From NCBI GenBank assembly GCA_963706595.1, contig OY970166.1, forward strand, positions 2,976,001 through 3,040,000: 64,000 nucleotides of DNA, given 5' to 3'. Position 1 is the first letter of the stretch, and every line of letters starts with the position of its first letter. Under the pieces are notes generated by a model. The model saw nothing but the letters and a program-made list of their open reading frames with translations. It was not told the DNA's origin and made no database searches. Below, in pieces: positions 32,061 through 41,610 of the stretch. The stretch is from an uncultured cyanobacterium. Lineage in GTDB: Bacteria; Cyanobacteriota; Cyanobacteriia; Cyanobacteriales; Nostocaceae. A program made the translations under genes and the position numbers.

Positions 32061-33176
32061 GGCGATCGCACCGGAAATTAAACACATGATAATTGTTAAA
32101 ATTAGAACTAAAATTATTCTGTCAGGTGTCATAAATAGTGGTAACTTGGTGACATTGCGGGTAAAAGCATACATCACAAAGGAAACAAAGCCACCAGGAA
32201 TAAAACCGCAAATAGCTAATATTAAAGCCTCTTGAAATACAACCAATAATAAATAAGTATTACGATAACCCATGGCCTTAAGTGTGGCATATTCCGGCAA
32301 GTGATCCATGACATCACTGTAAATAATTTGATAAACAATAATTACACCCACTAAAAAGCCGATGGTGACACCCAAGGAAAAGATAAAACCAATCGCGCCG
32401 TTTTCTTGCCAATATTTCTTTTCAAAATCAATAAATTCTTGACGGGTAAAAACTTGCACATCATCATTCAAGTAAGATTGTAATGCTTTGGCGACTAAAT
32501 CAGCATCACTACCCGGCTTGAGATTAATTAAACCTAAATTAACTTGACCTGGTTGTTGTCCTGAAAAAATCCGCAAATAGTTTTGATCACTTGTGATCAC
32601 ACTACCATTAGCAACAAAAGAAGCGCCAACTTCGTATAAACCGCCAATTTTTACTTTACGTCCTTGCAGTTCTGTGGTAATAGATTTACCCTGAGAAATT
32701 TGGGCGATCGCCTGTTCATATTTCCCACTAGAATTGCGGTCAAATAACAGCGTATTGGGATATTTAATCTGATCTAATTTTTGATTAACTGCTGGTAAAT
32801 TGAACGCAGGTTTTTCAGGATTAAAGCCAATTACCAAAATAGATTCATCCAACTTCGTTTGGGGACTTTTCCAAACACCCAAGCGGACATATAAAGGATT
32901 AACAGACTCAACCTCAGACAAATTAGCAGCTTGAAACAACCGCCGACGCGGAAAACTACTGAGAAGCCCCAAATTTTGGGCTTGACGACTCACTAACACC
33001 ACATCAGCTTGTAAAAGTTCATGAAAGCGAGTATTACTATCATATAAAGCCGACTGAAAGCCCAACTGCATTAACATCAAAAAATCAGCAAAAGTGATTC
33101 CACAAAGAGCAACTAAAAACCGCCCTTTTTGCTTCATTAATTGCCGCCAAGCCAAAGGAATTTTACGCTTAAACAT
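32019..33176 (-). CDS. devC: DevC-family ABC exporter permease
   Basis: IPLAW.QL, QLGFQSALY, EYATLKAMGY, ADPADIF. Confidence 0.9.
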   Translation of the reverse strand: MFKRKIPLAWRQLMKQKGRFLVALCGITFADFLMLMQLGFQSALYDSNTRFHELLQADVVLVSRQAQNLGLLSSFPRRRLFQAANLSEVESVNPLYVRLGVWKSPQTKLDESILVIGFNPEKPAFNLPAVNQKLDQIKYPNTLLFDRNSSGKYEQAIAQISQGKSITTELQGRKVKIGGLYEVGASFVANGSVITSDQNYLRIFSGQQPGQVNLGLINLKPGSDADLVAKALQSYLNDDVQVFTRQEFIDFEKKYWQENGAIGFIFSLGVTIGFLVGVIIVYQIIYSDVMDHLPEYATLKAMGYRNTYLLLVVFQEALILAICGFIPGGFVSFVMYAFTRNVTKLPLFMTPDRIILVLILTIIMCLISGAIAMRKLNSADPADIF

Positions 33177-33225
33177 AAGGATAATAACTAATGACCAATG
33201 ATTTACCCTGAGCGTAGCCGAAGGG

Positions 33226-34440
33226 CTAAGGACTAATGACTATTTCAACATTCACCTGAAGATTAGTAAAATTAGCCACTTGCTGACTAGAAGCTTCATC
33301 TAAACGAATTTTGGCTTCAATTACTCTCGCATCTGTAGCTGCGGTGGGGTCACTATCTAACACATCTTTCTTCGCCACTTTTAAACCAATACTATCCACT
33401 CTTCCGCTTAATTCACCTGTAAAAGCATTACTAGGACTGGTAATATTAGCAGTTTGACCAGGGCGAATCTTGCCAATATCACTTTCATAAATTTCCGCGA
33501 TCGCATACATTTGATCAGTTTCCCCCAGTTCCACAATTCCCTCCTCACCGATGGTTTCACCGGGACGAGCTTGAACCCGCAGAATTTGACCTGCTTGGGG
33601 AGCGCGAATGTATGCAACATCCAGTTCAACTTGCATTTTTTCCACAGTGGCGATCGCACTATCCACTTCTGCTTGTGCTATAGCTACATCTGTGGGACGC
33701 ACCTCCGATGTTTGCTGTAAGGTGGCTTTGGCTTCTTGAATTTGGGCGGTGAGAGTGCGTTGAGTTCTGCCTAAACTGGCTTTAGCACCATTTAATTCCG
33801 CTTGGGCGGTGCTGACGGTTAATCTGCGAGTATCTAAAGCTGAAGCCGCGATCGCACCTTCCTTGTAAAGACTTTCATAGCGGCGAAATTCCATCTCTGC
33901 ATTTTGTAACTCAGCTTCCAGACGAGCATTTGTAGCTTGCTGGGTTGGGATTTCTCCCTCTAACTGTGCTTGCAGATTTCTGACAGTGGCTTCTCTCGCG
34001 GAGATTTCACCTTGTTTTGCACCGGCTTTCACCTGATTAAGACGTGAAATTGCTACTTGGACTTGTTGCTGTGCTTCCTTGAGATTAGCTTGTAGGCGAT
34101 CGCGATTATCCAAAATAGCAATCACCTCACCCGCGCTCACTTGCTTACCTTCCTCAACCAACAATTGAGCCACACGACTACCACCACTAGGATCAGTAGG
34201 AGCCGAAATTCTAATTACCTCACCGGCTGGTGACAATCGTCCCAGCGCATTCACCTTTGGAATTACTGGCGGACTAACCTGAGTTGACACCACTGGAGTT
34301 GTTTGATTAGTTGTGGGACGGGTTACATAGACTACACCCGCCCCCATGGCCATCACAGAAGTAATACCTAAAGCGACTAACCAACGCAAATTGGGCGCAA
34401 ACAAAGACGACTTTCTAATTTCTTCAGAATTTCGTAACAT
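33226..34440 (-). CDS. devB: DevB-family ABC exporter membrane fusion protein
   Basis: ALGRLSPAGEVI, AGAKQGEI, AEIYESDI, DARVIE, TNLQV.V. Confidence 0.9.
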   Translation of the reverse strand: MLRNSEEIRKSSLFAPNLRWLVALGITSVMAMGAGVVYVTRPTTNQTTPVVSTQVSPPVIPKVNALGRLSPAGEVIRISAPTDPSGGSRVAQLLVEEGKQVSAGEVIAILDNRDRLQANLKEAQQQVQVAISRLNQVKAGAKQGEISAREATVRNLQAQLEGEIPTQQATNARLEAELQNAEMEFRRYESLYKEGAIAASALDTRRLTVSTAQAELNGAKASLGRTQRTLTAQIQEAKATLQQTSEVRPTDVAIAQAEVDSAIATVEKMQVELDVAYIRAPQAGQILRVQARPGETIGEEGIVELGETDQMYAIAEIYESDIGKIRPGQTANITSPSNAFTGELSGRVDSIGLKVAKKDVLDSDPTAATDARVIEAKIRLDEASSQQVANFTNLQVNVEIVISP

Positions 34441-34471
34441 TCAATAGTTCCTTAAATAGCAGGTTAAAATA

Positions 34472-35916
34472 TTAAATTCCAGTCCCCCTCCTCGCTTGCG
34501 GGGAGGGGCTAGGGGTGGGGTTCCTATTCGCCCCTGTTTCTGCGAGTTCTTCATACTTAAAGAAACCAGGATTTAGAATTCCACAAGGGTCATATTTCCG
34601 TTTCATATTATTGACAGTAGACCAGTAATTTCCGAATTGCGATCGCCATCTTGGCAAATCAAAATCTGCCCAAGTCGCCATATATCTTTTACCACCCATT
34701 TTCAAACCCAAATCAGTCAGTAAATTTAACTGTTCTAGCACAGGTTCAACCTGAGATTTAGGAATAGTCGGATACATTCCCAAACCGATAATTAAATCAT
34801 CATCAGGTAAAGGAAACATAGGCATTTTATGCTTACCAGAATTGAGACAAAAAGAACCCACAGGAACAGTGCGGAAATCAACAAACCCTGGTAAACGCTG
34901 GAGAGCAATATCAATAAATTCTTTTGCTCTAGACCCTGGTAACAGTACATCTATCCAAGCATTAGCAGTATTGACAGGATGAGGAAGTTGTCCTAAAGGT
35001 TGAATGAACTGCTCAAAAGTCAAATCTTCTGTATGAATATGACGATAAAAATTTAAACCAGCAAGCAATTCTGCATCATTTATCTCATTTACAGAATCAA
35101 CTTCCACAGTAACTTGCATCCTATAAAACCATTGAATTAACGGTTTCATCTGATTTTCTTTCCTACTTATGCCTTGTAAGCAGGGTGAAAATAAAGATAC
35201 TAAACCATCTATCCGACCTTCTGAAACCAGACGACGTGCATCAGATAAAAGCTGATCTAAATCGTCATAGCAAAGAAAATAACTGCGAGTGTAAGGGCGA
35301 TATTTTCTCAAGCGATTTTTGACTTTAGTAATAATACCAAACTGACCATAACCACAAAGAACGTGATTAAAAAGTTCGCTATTTTCTTCTGGCGTACACC
35401 AAACAATATCACCACTCCCAGTAACAACTTCTAAACCCAAACAATTATCAGCTTGAGAACCGTAACGAAAAGAACTTAAACCCAACCCAGCCGCAGAGAG
35501 AGTTCCCCCAAAGTCACTTCAAAGTTATTAGTCAGAACAGGCGGAATTACACCATGAGGTATAGCAGCATCAACGATTTGCTTCCAAGTCACACCAGGAT
35601 CAGCTTGAAACCAAAGTTCATTAGGACGAAATTCATCAATTTGATTAAGACTCCTCATATCTAAAAGAATGCCATCTTGATTCAAAGATTGACCACTTAA
35701 AGAATGTCCCGCAGCCCGTGAAGAAATTGTTAAACCTTGTTTAGCAGCATATTTAATTGCTGCTGCAATATCACTGGAATTTTGGGGACGAATCACAACT
35801 TGAGGTTGTCTTTTAACAATATTCCCAAAATCCTGAGAAACTGCTTCTAACTCTGATTCCTTATTACTAATTTCCCCAGAAACAATCTGTTTTAAATCGG
35901 TTATAATCTTGTTCAT
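34472..35916 (-). CDS. FAD-binding oxidoreductase (VAO/cytokinin-dehydrogenase-like), split by a 1-nt deletion at 35505-35509
   Basis: RAAGHSLSGQS; adding one G restores VTLGGTLSAAGLG; GYGQFGIIT; YDP.GILNPG; span 1445 nt. Confidence 0.85.
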
Positions 35917-36085
35917 TTTTTTTATTGTAATTAAGATTTTAATCTAACCACAGAGACGCAGAGTACACAGAGGAATAAAGAACGAGCATCTCAATGATAA
36001 AACCCTCTTATACCCTCTTCCCTTGGCGTTCTTTGCGTCTTGGCGGTATGCGCTGCGCGCACGCTACGCGAACGTTTCTCCAAAA

Positions 36086-36736
36086 TTAATTAAAAACCCG
36101 CATTTTCAGCATCTTAAAACCAACCTTAAACAAACTAGGAATCAATCCCATAAAAGAAAAAACACGAGATATCACCTGAAAAAGATTATTTTGAGTATCT
36201 ATCTTAGCCCCCAGCAAATTATCTGCATTCCTTTCATACTTAAATACACAAACACAATCACCCTCAGCTTGTTTACTCAAAATAGCCGCCTTTATTCCCG
36301 GAAAAGCCCTTCTAGTAGCTTCTTGTTCCATCTCACAAAATACACGACAAGGACTATCAAAACCGTATTCTTTAGCGATAGATAAAACAGGACAAACCCG
36401 TTGAATTTCTAATGCTGCATCTGTGCCATGTTGAGAAACATCTACCACATCCATCACAAAGCCCATCAAACCCAATAACGGTGCAGCTTGGGTGAAACCT
36501 TTGGCTAAAGTATTATGATCGATGAAAGTACCCATCAACGCCTTTTGTTGTTCAGGATATTTTTCCATCATCTGTTCAAAAGCAGCAGCTTCTCCTTTTT
36601 CTGCAACCAGATTTTTGTATTTTTGAAATCTCTTCCTAAACAAATTCACGGCTTTAGATTCATCTAGATTGATGATATCTTCCATGCGGAGATTCCCTGT
36701 AAACAGTTCTTTTTCTATGCTCATTTTTTTGTCCAT
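36086..36736 (-). CDS. ATC-hydrolase/V4R-like Cys-rich protein, TolI-like
   Basis: CP-x13-C-x3-C...GD.VC.F pattern; located next to a HemF paralog. Confidence 0.65.
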   Translation of the reverse strand: MDKKMSIEKELFTGNLRMEDIINLDESKAVNLFRKRFQKYKNLVAEKGEAAAFEQMMEKYPEQQKALMGTFIDHNTLAKGFTQAAPLLGLMGFVMDVVDVSQHGTDAALEIQRVCPVLSIAKEYGFDSPCRVFCEMEQEATRRAFPGIKAAILSKQAEGDCVCVFKYERNADNLLGAKIDTQNNLFQVISRVFSFMGLIPSLFKVGFKMLKMRVFN

Positions 36737-36839
36737 ACTATTAAGATGGAATAACGAACCGCCAAGCCGCCAAGAACGCCAAGTTAGAGAGGGAATATTG
36801 ATTAGTTACAAGTTGATAAGGATTGGTGTAAATAGTGTT

Positions 36840-37121
36840 TTAGATACTTGAGTAGATGCAAAGGCAAATTATCCAAGCTAGTACATATTTACAAGCATTA
36901 AGAAAGGATAATGCAATGTCTATTTCTAGTTCGCTGGTAATATATGTATTGTGTGTTGTTTTATTCAAAGTGATATTTTTTGACATTACCTGTAGTGGCT
37001 GTTTGTGGGTTTGGGTGCGAGTGTTGAATAAGGTTTTAGCTATTGATTGTCTGATGTTGACGGATTTGGGTTTTCTCATTGCAGCATCGCCTTTATTAAA
37101 GTGTCTATCAGTTGCAATCAA
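36840..37121 (-). CDS. Small hypothetical protein with hydrophobic C-terminus
   Basis: Fills the gap after the hemF-like gene, co-oriented; no recognisable motif. Confidence 0.4.
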   Translation of the reverse strand: MIATDRHFNKGDAAMRKPKSVNIRQSIAKTLFNTRTQTHKQPLQVMSKNITLNKTTHNTYITSELEIDIALSFLNACKYVLAWIICLCIYSSI

Positions 37122-37127
37122 AAAATT

Positions 37128-38132
37128 TTATAGCCACTTACGAGGATTTCTTAAAACTTCTTTCAACATGGCTTCTTTACTACCAGCAATAGGTTGATCA
37201 TCGTATTCCCAGTTAGCAGCAGGAGGCATACAATTAAACACACTTTGCTGCTTCACCATACCACTGGCTAAACCAAAACGAATGCCGCGATCGCACGATA
37301 AAATAAACTCCACATATCGCCCACGCACTAAATGTTGCCAATACTTATTTGCTTCTGTAAAAGACATATTTTTACGTCTTTCCAAAATAGGCATATAAGC
37401 AGGGAGAAAAGCATTAGCACAATTAGTCACTAATGACAGCAGCTTTTCGGGATTTTCGTGATTTAAATTGTCAAAGAAAATACCACCTACACCTCGATGT
37501 TCGCCACGATGTGGGATGTGGAAATATTCATCACAGGCATTTTTAAAGCGGGGGTAATAAGCAGAACCATACTGATCACAAACATCTTTATGCACCTGAT
37601 GAAAATGAACTGCATCTTCCTCAAAAAGATATGCTGGTGTTAAATCAGCGCCACCTCCGAACCACCAATACACAGGTTGGTTAGCATTACGAATCTCGAA
37701 ATAGCGATAGTTAACATGAGCCGTGGGAGCCATCGGGTTATGAGGATGGATAACAAAGCTAGAACCTGTAGCGAAAAAGCGGTTCCCTTTGCTAGTAGTC
37801 ATTTTATCGGCTGCATTTGTAGCGAGAGCGCCTGATTTCTCAAAGGACATTCCCGGAGGTAGCTCACCTTCTATGGCTACATAATTAACTCCGACCTTTT
37901 CCAACACATTACCATTGTGCAGAACCCGGTCAATATATATAGCGTCTTCACTACTTTCACCAACCGTCCAGAGTCCCTTGCGATCGCGATTCCAGGACTG
38001 TTCAGAGAACTTTTTACCATCTAAAGCTTCCAGCGCTTGGCAAGTATTATCAAACATTTGTCTGAAAAACTTGTCGATTACCCCACGCATGATTGGTTGT
38101 TGAATCAATGATTTTTCGAGGACATGGTTCAT
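37128..38132 (-). CDS. hemF: Divergent oxygen-dependent coproporphyrinogen III oxidase paralog (HemF2-like)
   Basis: EKVGVN, HPHNP..PT.H.NYRYF, WWFGGGADLTP, RGVGGIFFD, RGRYVEF...DRG..FGL. Confidence 0.85.
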   Translation of the reverse strand: MNHVLEKSLIQQPIMRGVIDKFFRQMFDNTCQALEALDGKKFSEQSWNRDRKGLWTVGESSEDAIYIDRVLHNGNVLEKVGVNYVAIEGELPPGMSFEKSGALATNAADKMTTSKGNRFFATGSSFVIHPHNPMAPTAHVNYRYFEIRNANQPVYWWFGGGADLTPAYLFEEDAVHFHQVHKDVCDQYGSAYYPRFKNACDEYFHIPHRGEHRGVGGIFFDNLNHENPEKLLSLVTNCANAFLPAYMPILERRKNMSFTEANKYWQHLVRGRYVEFILSCDRGIRFGLASGMVKQQSVFNCMPPAANWEYDDQPIAGSKEAMLKEVLRNPRKWL

Positions 38133-38280
38133 GATGATCTCCCCACTATTGATGAAGTACGTCTATATTTACCAAAAATCATGAATGCTACAAAACTGAT
38201 TCAAAACCGTAAGCCAGCACCCAAAACAAATTCGTTTGATCTGTGGTTCCTGATCTCTTTCCTTTCTTCACCCCAAAGCA

Positions 38281-39315
38281 TTACTTCACATCAACAATTT
38301 GTTGCTGTTTATCCTGACTATATGCAGAAAATTCAGCCTGAGACTTTTGCAGAAACTGACGAAAAGTAATATCTAAAGCATCAGCCGCAACATGAAGTTC
38401 CTCTGATATTTGCGGCATTGATTGAGAGTTTAAAGTGGAAACTACTATTGTGTCTTCTTGGGCTAGTTTGTGGTCAATTTTTCTAAAGAAACCATCTAAC
38501 CAAGGGAAGGGTAAAACATTGCGATATAACACGCGTTTGACACGAGTCCTATTTTGATCAATCGGTAGGTGAGCAACTAAAATGCCAAACTTAATATCAA
38601 ATCTACTACCACGACCGACACTAATTTCTGCCAGAGTAACATTAGGCAAATATAAAGTCAATTTGGTTTTCAATTCTGGTCGTCCACCGAGTAAAAAGTT
38701 CAAGAAACTTTTCGAGTTACCTAAAGATTCATAATTAACTTTAGCAACTGCACCCCAATCATATTTATCAACTTGATATTTAATAGTTGTATCGATGGGG
38801 ATTCTCTGACCAAACGATTTTTTATGGACTGCAATCACATGGGTAAAATCAAGATTAGCTTCCATGAGACGAGCATAGTTAGCATTATCTATACTGTCAT
38901 CATACACAGGACGCATAGTCGAGACCATGTATTCGGGAAAAGTTGGTAGAGGAGGATGTTCGGCTTCTGGTAAGTCCCCATAAAACAGCCAGACAAAACC
39001 ATATTTTTCTTGAACTGGGTAGTTATCAACAAGAGCTTTTTTAGGAATAGCAACTTCAGTCCCATTAGAAGGAATTTCAACACATTGCCCATCAGCTTGA
39101 AACTTCCATCCATGATAAGGACAACGAAGACAATCTTTTTCAATCCAACCCAGAGACAAAGCAGCACCACGATGGGGACATTGATCATTCAAAGCTACTA
39201 TTTGTTTTTGAGAATTGCGATAAAGCACAAATCTCTGATTAAACATCAAAACTTGCTTGGGCTGATTAGTAACTGCCGAGCTAAATTCACAAGCATACCA
39301 AAAATTTTTCAACAT
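38281..39315 (-). CDS. Rieske non-heme iron oxygenase
   Basis: CPH-x16-CPYH Rieske ligands; DFTHVIAVH iron site; QED. Confidence 0.9.
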   Translation of the reverse strand: MLKNFWYACEFSSAVTNQPKQVLMFNQRFVLYRNSQKQIVALNDQCPHRGAALSLGWIEKDCLRCPYHGWKFQADGQCVEIPSNGTEVAIPKKALVDNYPVQEKYGFVWLFYGDLPEAEHPPLPTFPEYMVSTMRPVYDDSIDNANYARLMEANLDFTHVIAVHKKSFGQRIPIDTTIKYQVDKYDWGAVAKVNYESLGNSKSFLNFLLGGRPELKTKLTLYLPNVTLAEISVGRGSRFDIKFGILVAHLPIDQNRTRVKRVLYRNVLPFPWLDGFFRKIDHKLAQEDTIVVSTLNSQSMPQISEELHVAADALDITFRQFLQKSQAEFSAYSQDKQQQIVDVK

Positions 39316-39370
39316 ATTTGTCTCCTATCCTTTTTAGATATCTTGACCTCAAAGCCGAAAAAAATCTCAT

Positions 39371-40438
39371 CTAATTCATCAATGAAGTGTAAATAGACTG
39401 TGATTGATGGTAATGAGAATTATCTAATTCATATTGCTCAGAATTTAAACCCCATCCCATAGTTAAATATTTTTGGCGAAGCTGACGATAAGCCAGAGTC
39501 AAAGCATCAGCAGGAACATGAACTTCAGTTAATAAATTATCAGGAATTAACTGGGGAGTTTGTGACTCAGTTACTACCTTATCTTCTAAACCAACTTTAT
39601 GATGAAAATTGATAAATAATCTGTCTGCCCAAGAATAGGTAAAGAAATTACGCAGTTGAATGCGTTTACTAATGGTTGTGTTCTCATCAACAGGAACATG
39701 AATAGCATAGTTGATAATTTTGCCCCGACCAAAGTCACTTTCAATTTTAGTTATGTTTGGTAAATAAAAGGTAGTTGTGGCATTTAGTTGTGTTTGTTTG
39801 GGACGAAAAAAAGATTTAAAAATGCCATTTTTGGGCTGAGTGTAATTCTTGTAGATAATTTTCGTACTTATGCCCCAAGCTTCATCTTTAACTACATAGT
39901 CTGCTACTTTTGGATCTTGTGCAAATCCTGCACCAAAAGAATTAGCATGGACTGCATAAAGATGGGCAGGATCAAGGGCATTTTCTATGACACGAGTGTA
40001 ATTAGTTTGCATTCCATATTCTATATAAATAGGATGCATTTTCGGGTCTTCGTATTCTGGAAATGGAGGAATTGGTGGCCGTTCTGATTCTGGCAATTCT
40101 CCATAAAATAGCCAGATAAAACCATATTTCTCTTGTACAGGATAACTATTTACATTAGCTCTTTTCGGAATGGGTATACCAACTTCATTAGAAGGAATTT
40201 GCACACATTTTCCATCAGCTTGAAATTTCCATCCATGATAAGGACAACGAATACAGTTGTCTTCTAGCCAGCCCATAGATAATGCTGCACCGCGATGAGA
40301 ACACTGGTCTTTCAATGCAACTACTTGACCTTGAGAATTGCGATAGAGGACAAACTTCTGATTTAACATCGCAATTTGCTTCGGCTTCTTAGTAATAGCT
40401 GAACTAAATTCACAAGCGTACCAGAAGTTTTTTAGCAT
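39371..40438 (-). CDS. Rieske non-heme iron oxygenase
   Basis: CSH-x16-CPYH; ENALDPAHLYAVH; EDKVVTESQ. Confidence 0.9.
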   Translation of the reverse strand: MLKNFWYACEFSSAITKKPKQIAMLNQKFVLYRNSQGQVVALKDQCSHRGAALSMGWLEDNCIRCPYHGWKFQADGKCVQIPSNEVGIPIPKRANVNSYPVQEKYGFIWLFYGELPESERPPIPPFPEYEDPKMHPIYIEYGMQTNYTRVIENALDPAHLYAVHANSFGAGFAQDPKVADYVVKDEAWGISTKIIYKNYTQPKNGIFKSFFRPKQTQLNATTTFYLPNITKIESDFGRGKIINYAIHVPVDENTTISKRIQLRNFFTYSWADRLFINFHHKVGLEDKVVTESQTPQLIPDNLLTEVHVPADALTLAYRQLRQKYLTMGWGLNSEQYELDNSHYHQSQSIYTSLMN

Positions 40439-40796
40439 CCCTAATTTCCTAAGCTTTTAACGAAAGTTCTTATTTATACTAAAATGCGGTCGAAAAGACG
40501 GAGTTTCTGAGGCTGTGGCAAAATCTAACTGATCTTTTGGCTTGTAGTGAGTGCTTTAACGCCCAAAAAATTTTTCCCCGTATTTTTTGTACTTTTTTGA
40601 ACAACAATCATTTGGTTTTGTTTTTGATGAAAATATTTATTCCAGGATAAATGAGCCAAATTTAGAGAAATTTAGCTGCTGTTGGGATTTTGATATGTGT
40701 TTTCGCAATTTGACACTTTCTGGCTTCTCTTGCCTTTGTTTTGTGTCACCCTTTGGATAGAGTTACTTCTCTTTCCGGGGGTATAGGTGATACTAT

Positions 40797-40859
40797 ACCA
40801 ATGCACTGGTGCATTAGTCAACCAATGAATAATTTTACCTGATGAACCATTACACCAAT
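40797..40859. promoter_or_regulatory. Candidate operator region between Rieske operon and RHH gene
   Basis: Palindrome AATGCAC-TG-GTGCATT (40800-40815) and ACCAAT at 40797, 40821, 40854. Confidence 0.35.
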
Positions 40860-40894
40860 AAACTAGTGAATAAGTTTATTCGTTGGAGTATAGT

Positions 40895-41104
40895 GTGGCA
40901 CAAGGAGAAGCTTCGATTCGGGTTTACTTACCCCCTGACATCAAAGACAGGTTTAAAACAATTTGCTTTTTTAAGGGATTGAATATGTCTGACGTTTCGG
41001 CTGAACTTATTGAAGACTGGTTAGCTAAAAATGACATGGAACTGCCAAATTCTCAGAAAACCGCATCTGCGCCCGCTATTAAAAAGGGTGATATGTCAGC
41101 ATGA
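40895..41104 (+). CDS. Ribbon-helix-helix (CopG/ParG-like) DNA-binding protein
   Basis: SIRVYLP..IK.RFK..C...G.NMSDV..ELIEDWL; GGAG before GTG 40895. Confidence 0.75.
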   Translation: MAQGEASIRVYLPPDIKDRFKTICFFKGLNMSDVSAELIEDWLAKNDMELPNSQKTASAPAIKKGDMSA

Positions 41105-41366
41105 TTCAAGGAAGTTGATTAAATAACCTGCGCCTTTAATTCTGCTGGTGTTTGGGCTGTGTAGTTTTACTGGTGTTGGAGGTCATCAAAGCCAATCTAT
41201 ATCTATGCTAGAAATTTCTGAGATTTTTTGACTCATTTTGTAGCTAATGGGGTGACAACTATGGTTGAAAACCCTATCTAGCCACTGTTTAAGTCACAGT
41301 TATGCAAAAAAGTCCGGTCAGTTTTTTGTAACTCAACCGAACTTATAAAAAATTCCAGCGTTTGGG

Positions 41367-41472
41367 TATAGCGGTTATCAGTTAATTGAGATACAAGAAC
41401 CCCACCCCCAACCCCCTCCCCGCAAGCGAGGAGGGGGCTATGATGTACTTCATTCAAGTGCATACCGCTATA
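41367..41472. mobile_element. Complete 106-bp MITE-like element
   Basis: TATAGCGGT...ACCGCTATA terminal inverted repeats; internal CCCCCTC hairpin. Confidence 0.8.
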
Positions 41473-41570
41473 TTAAGTATTGGGTATCAAGTATTATTGA
41501 CACTCCCTAGTCCCCAGTCTCTGGTACAGGTAGGCGTTTGCAATCATTCAAAAGCCTAGAAAATAAGCTT

Positions 41571-41599
41571 TTTGACTTTTGACTTTTGACTTTTGACTT
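41571..41599. repeat. Heptamer tandem repeat (TTTTGAC)x4
   Basis: Direct reading. Confidence 0.85.
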
Positions 41600-41610
41600 C
41601 CGCCTTGCGG

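Noticed and set aside
40640..40765. Minus-strand frame KGD...KPESVKLRKHISK weakly resembling the small cluster ORF
   Set aside because: No start codon after the upstream in-frame stop; similarity short and plausibly chance
41278..41463. 61-aa ORF
   Set aside because: Mostly the MITE read on the reverse strand
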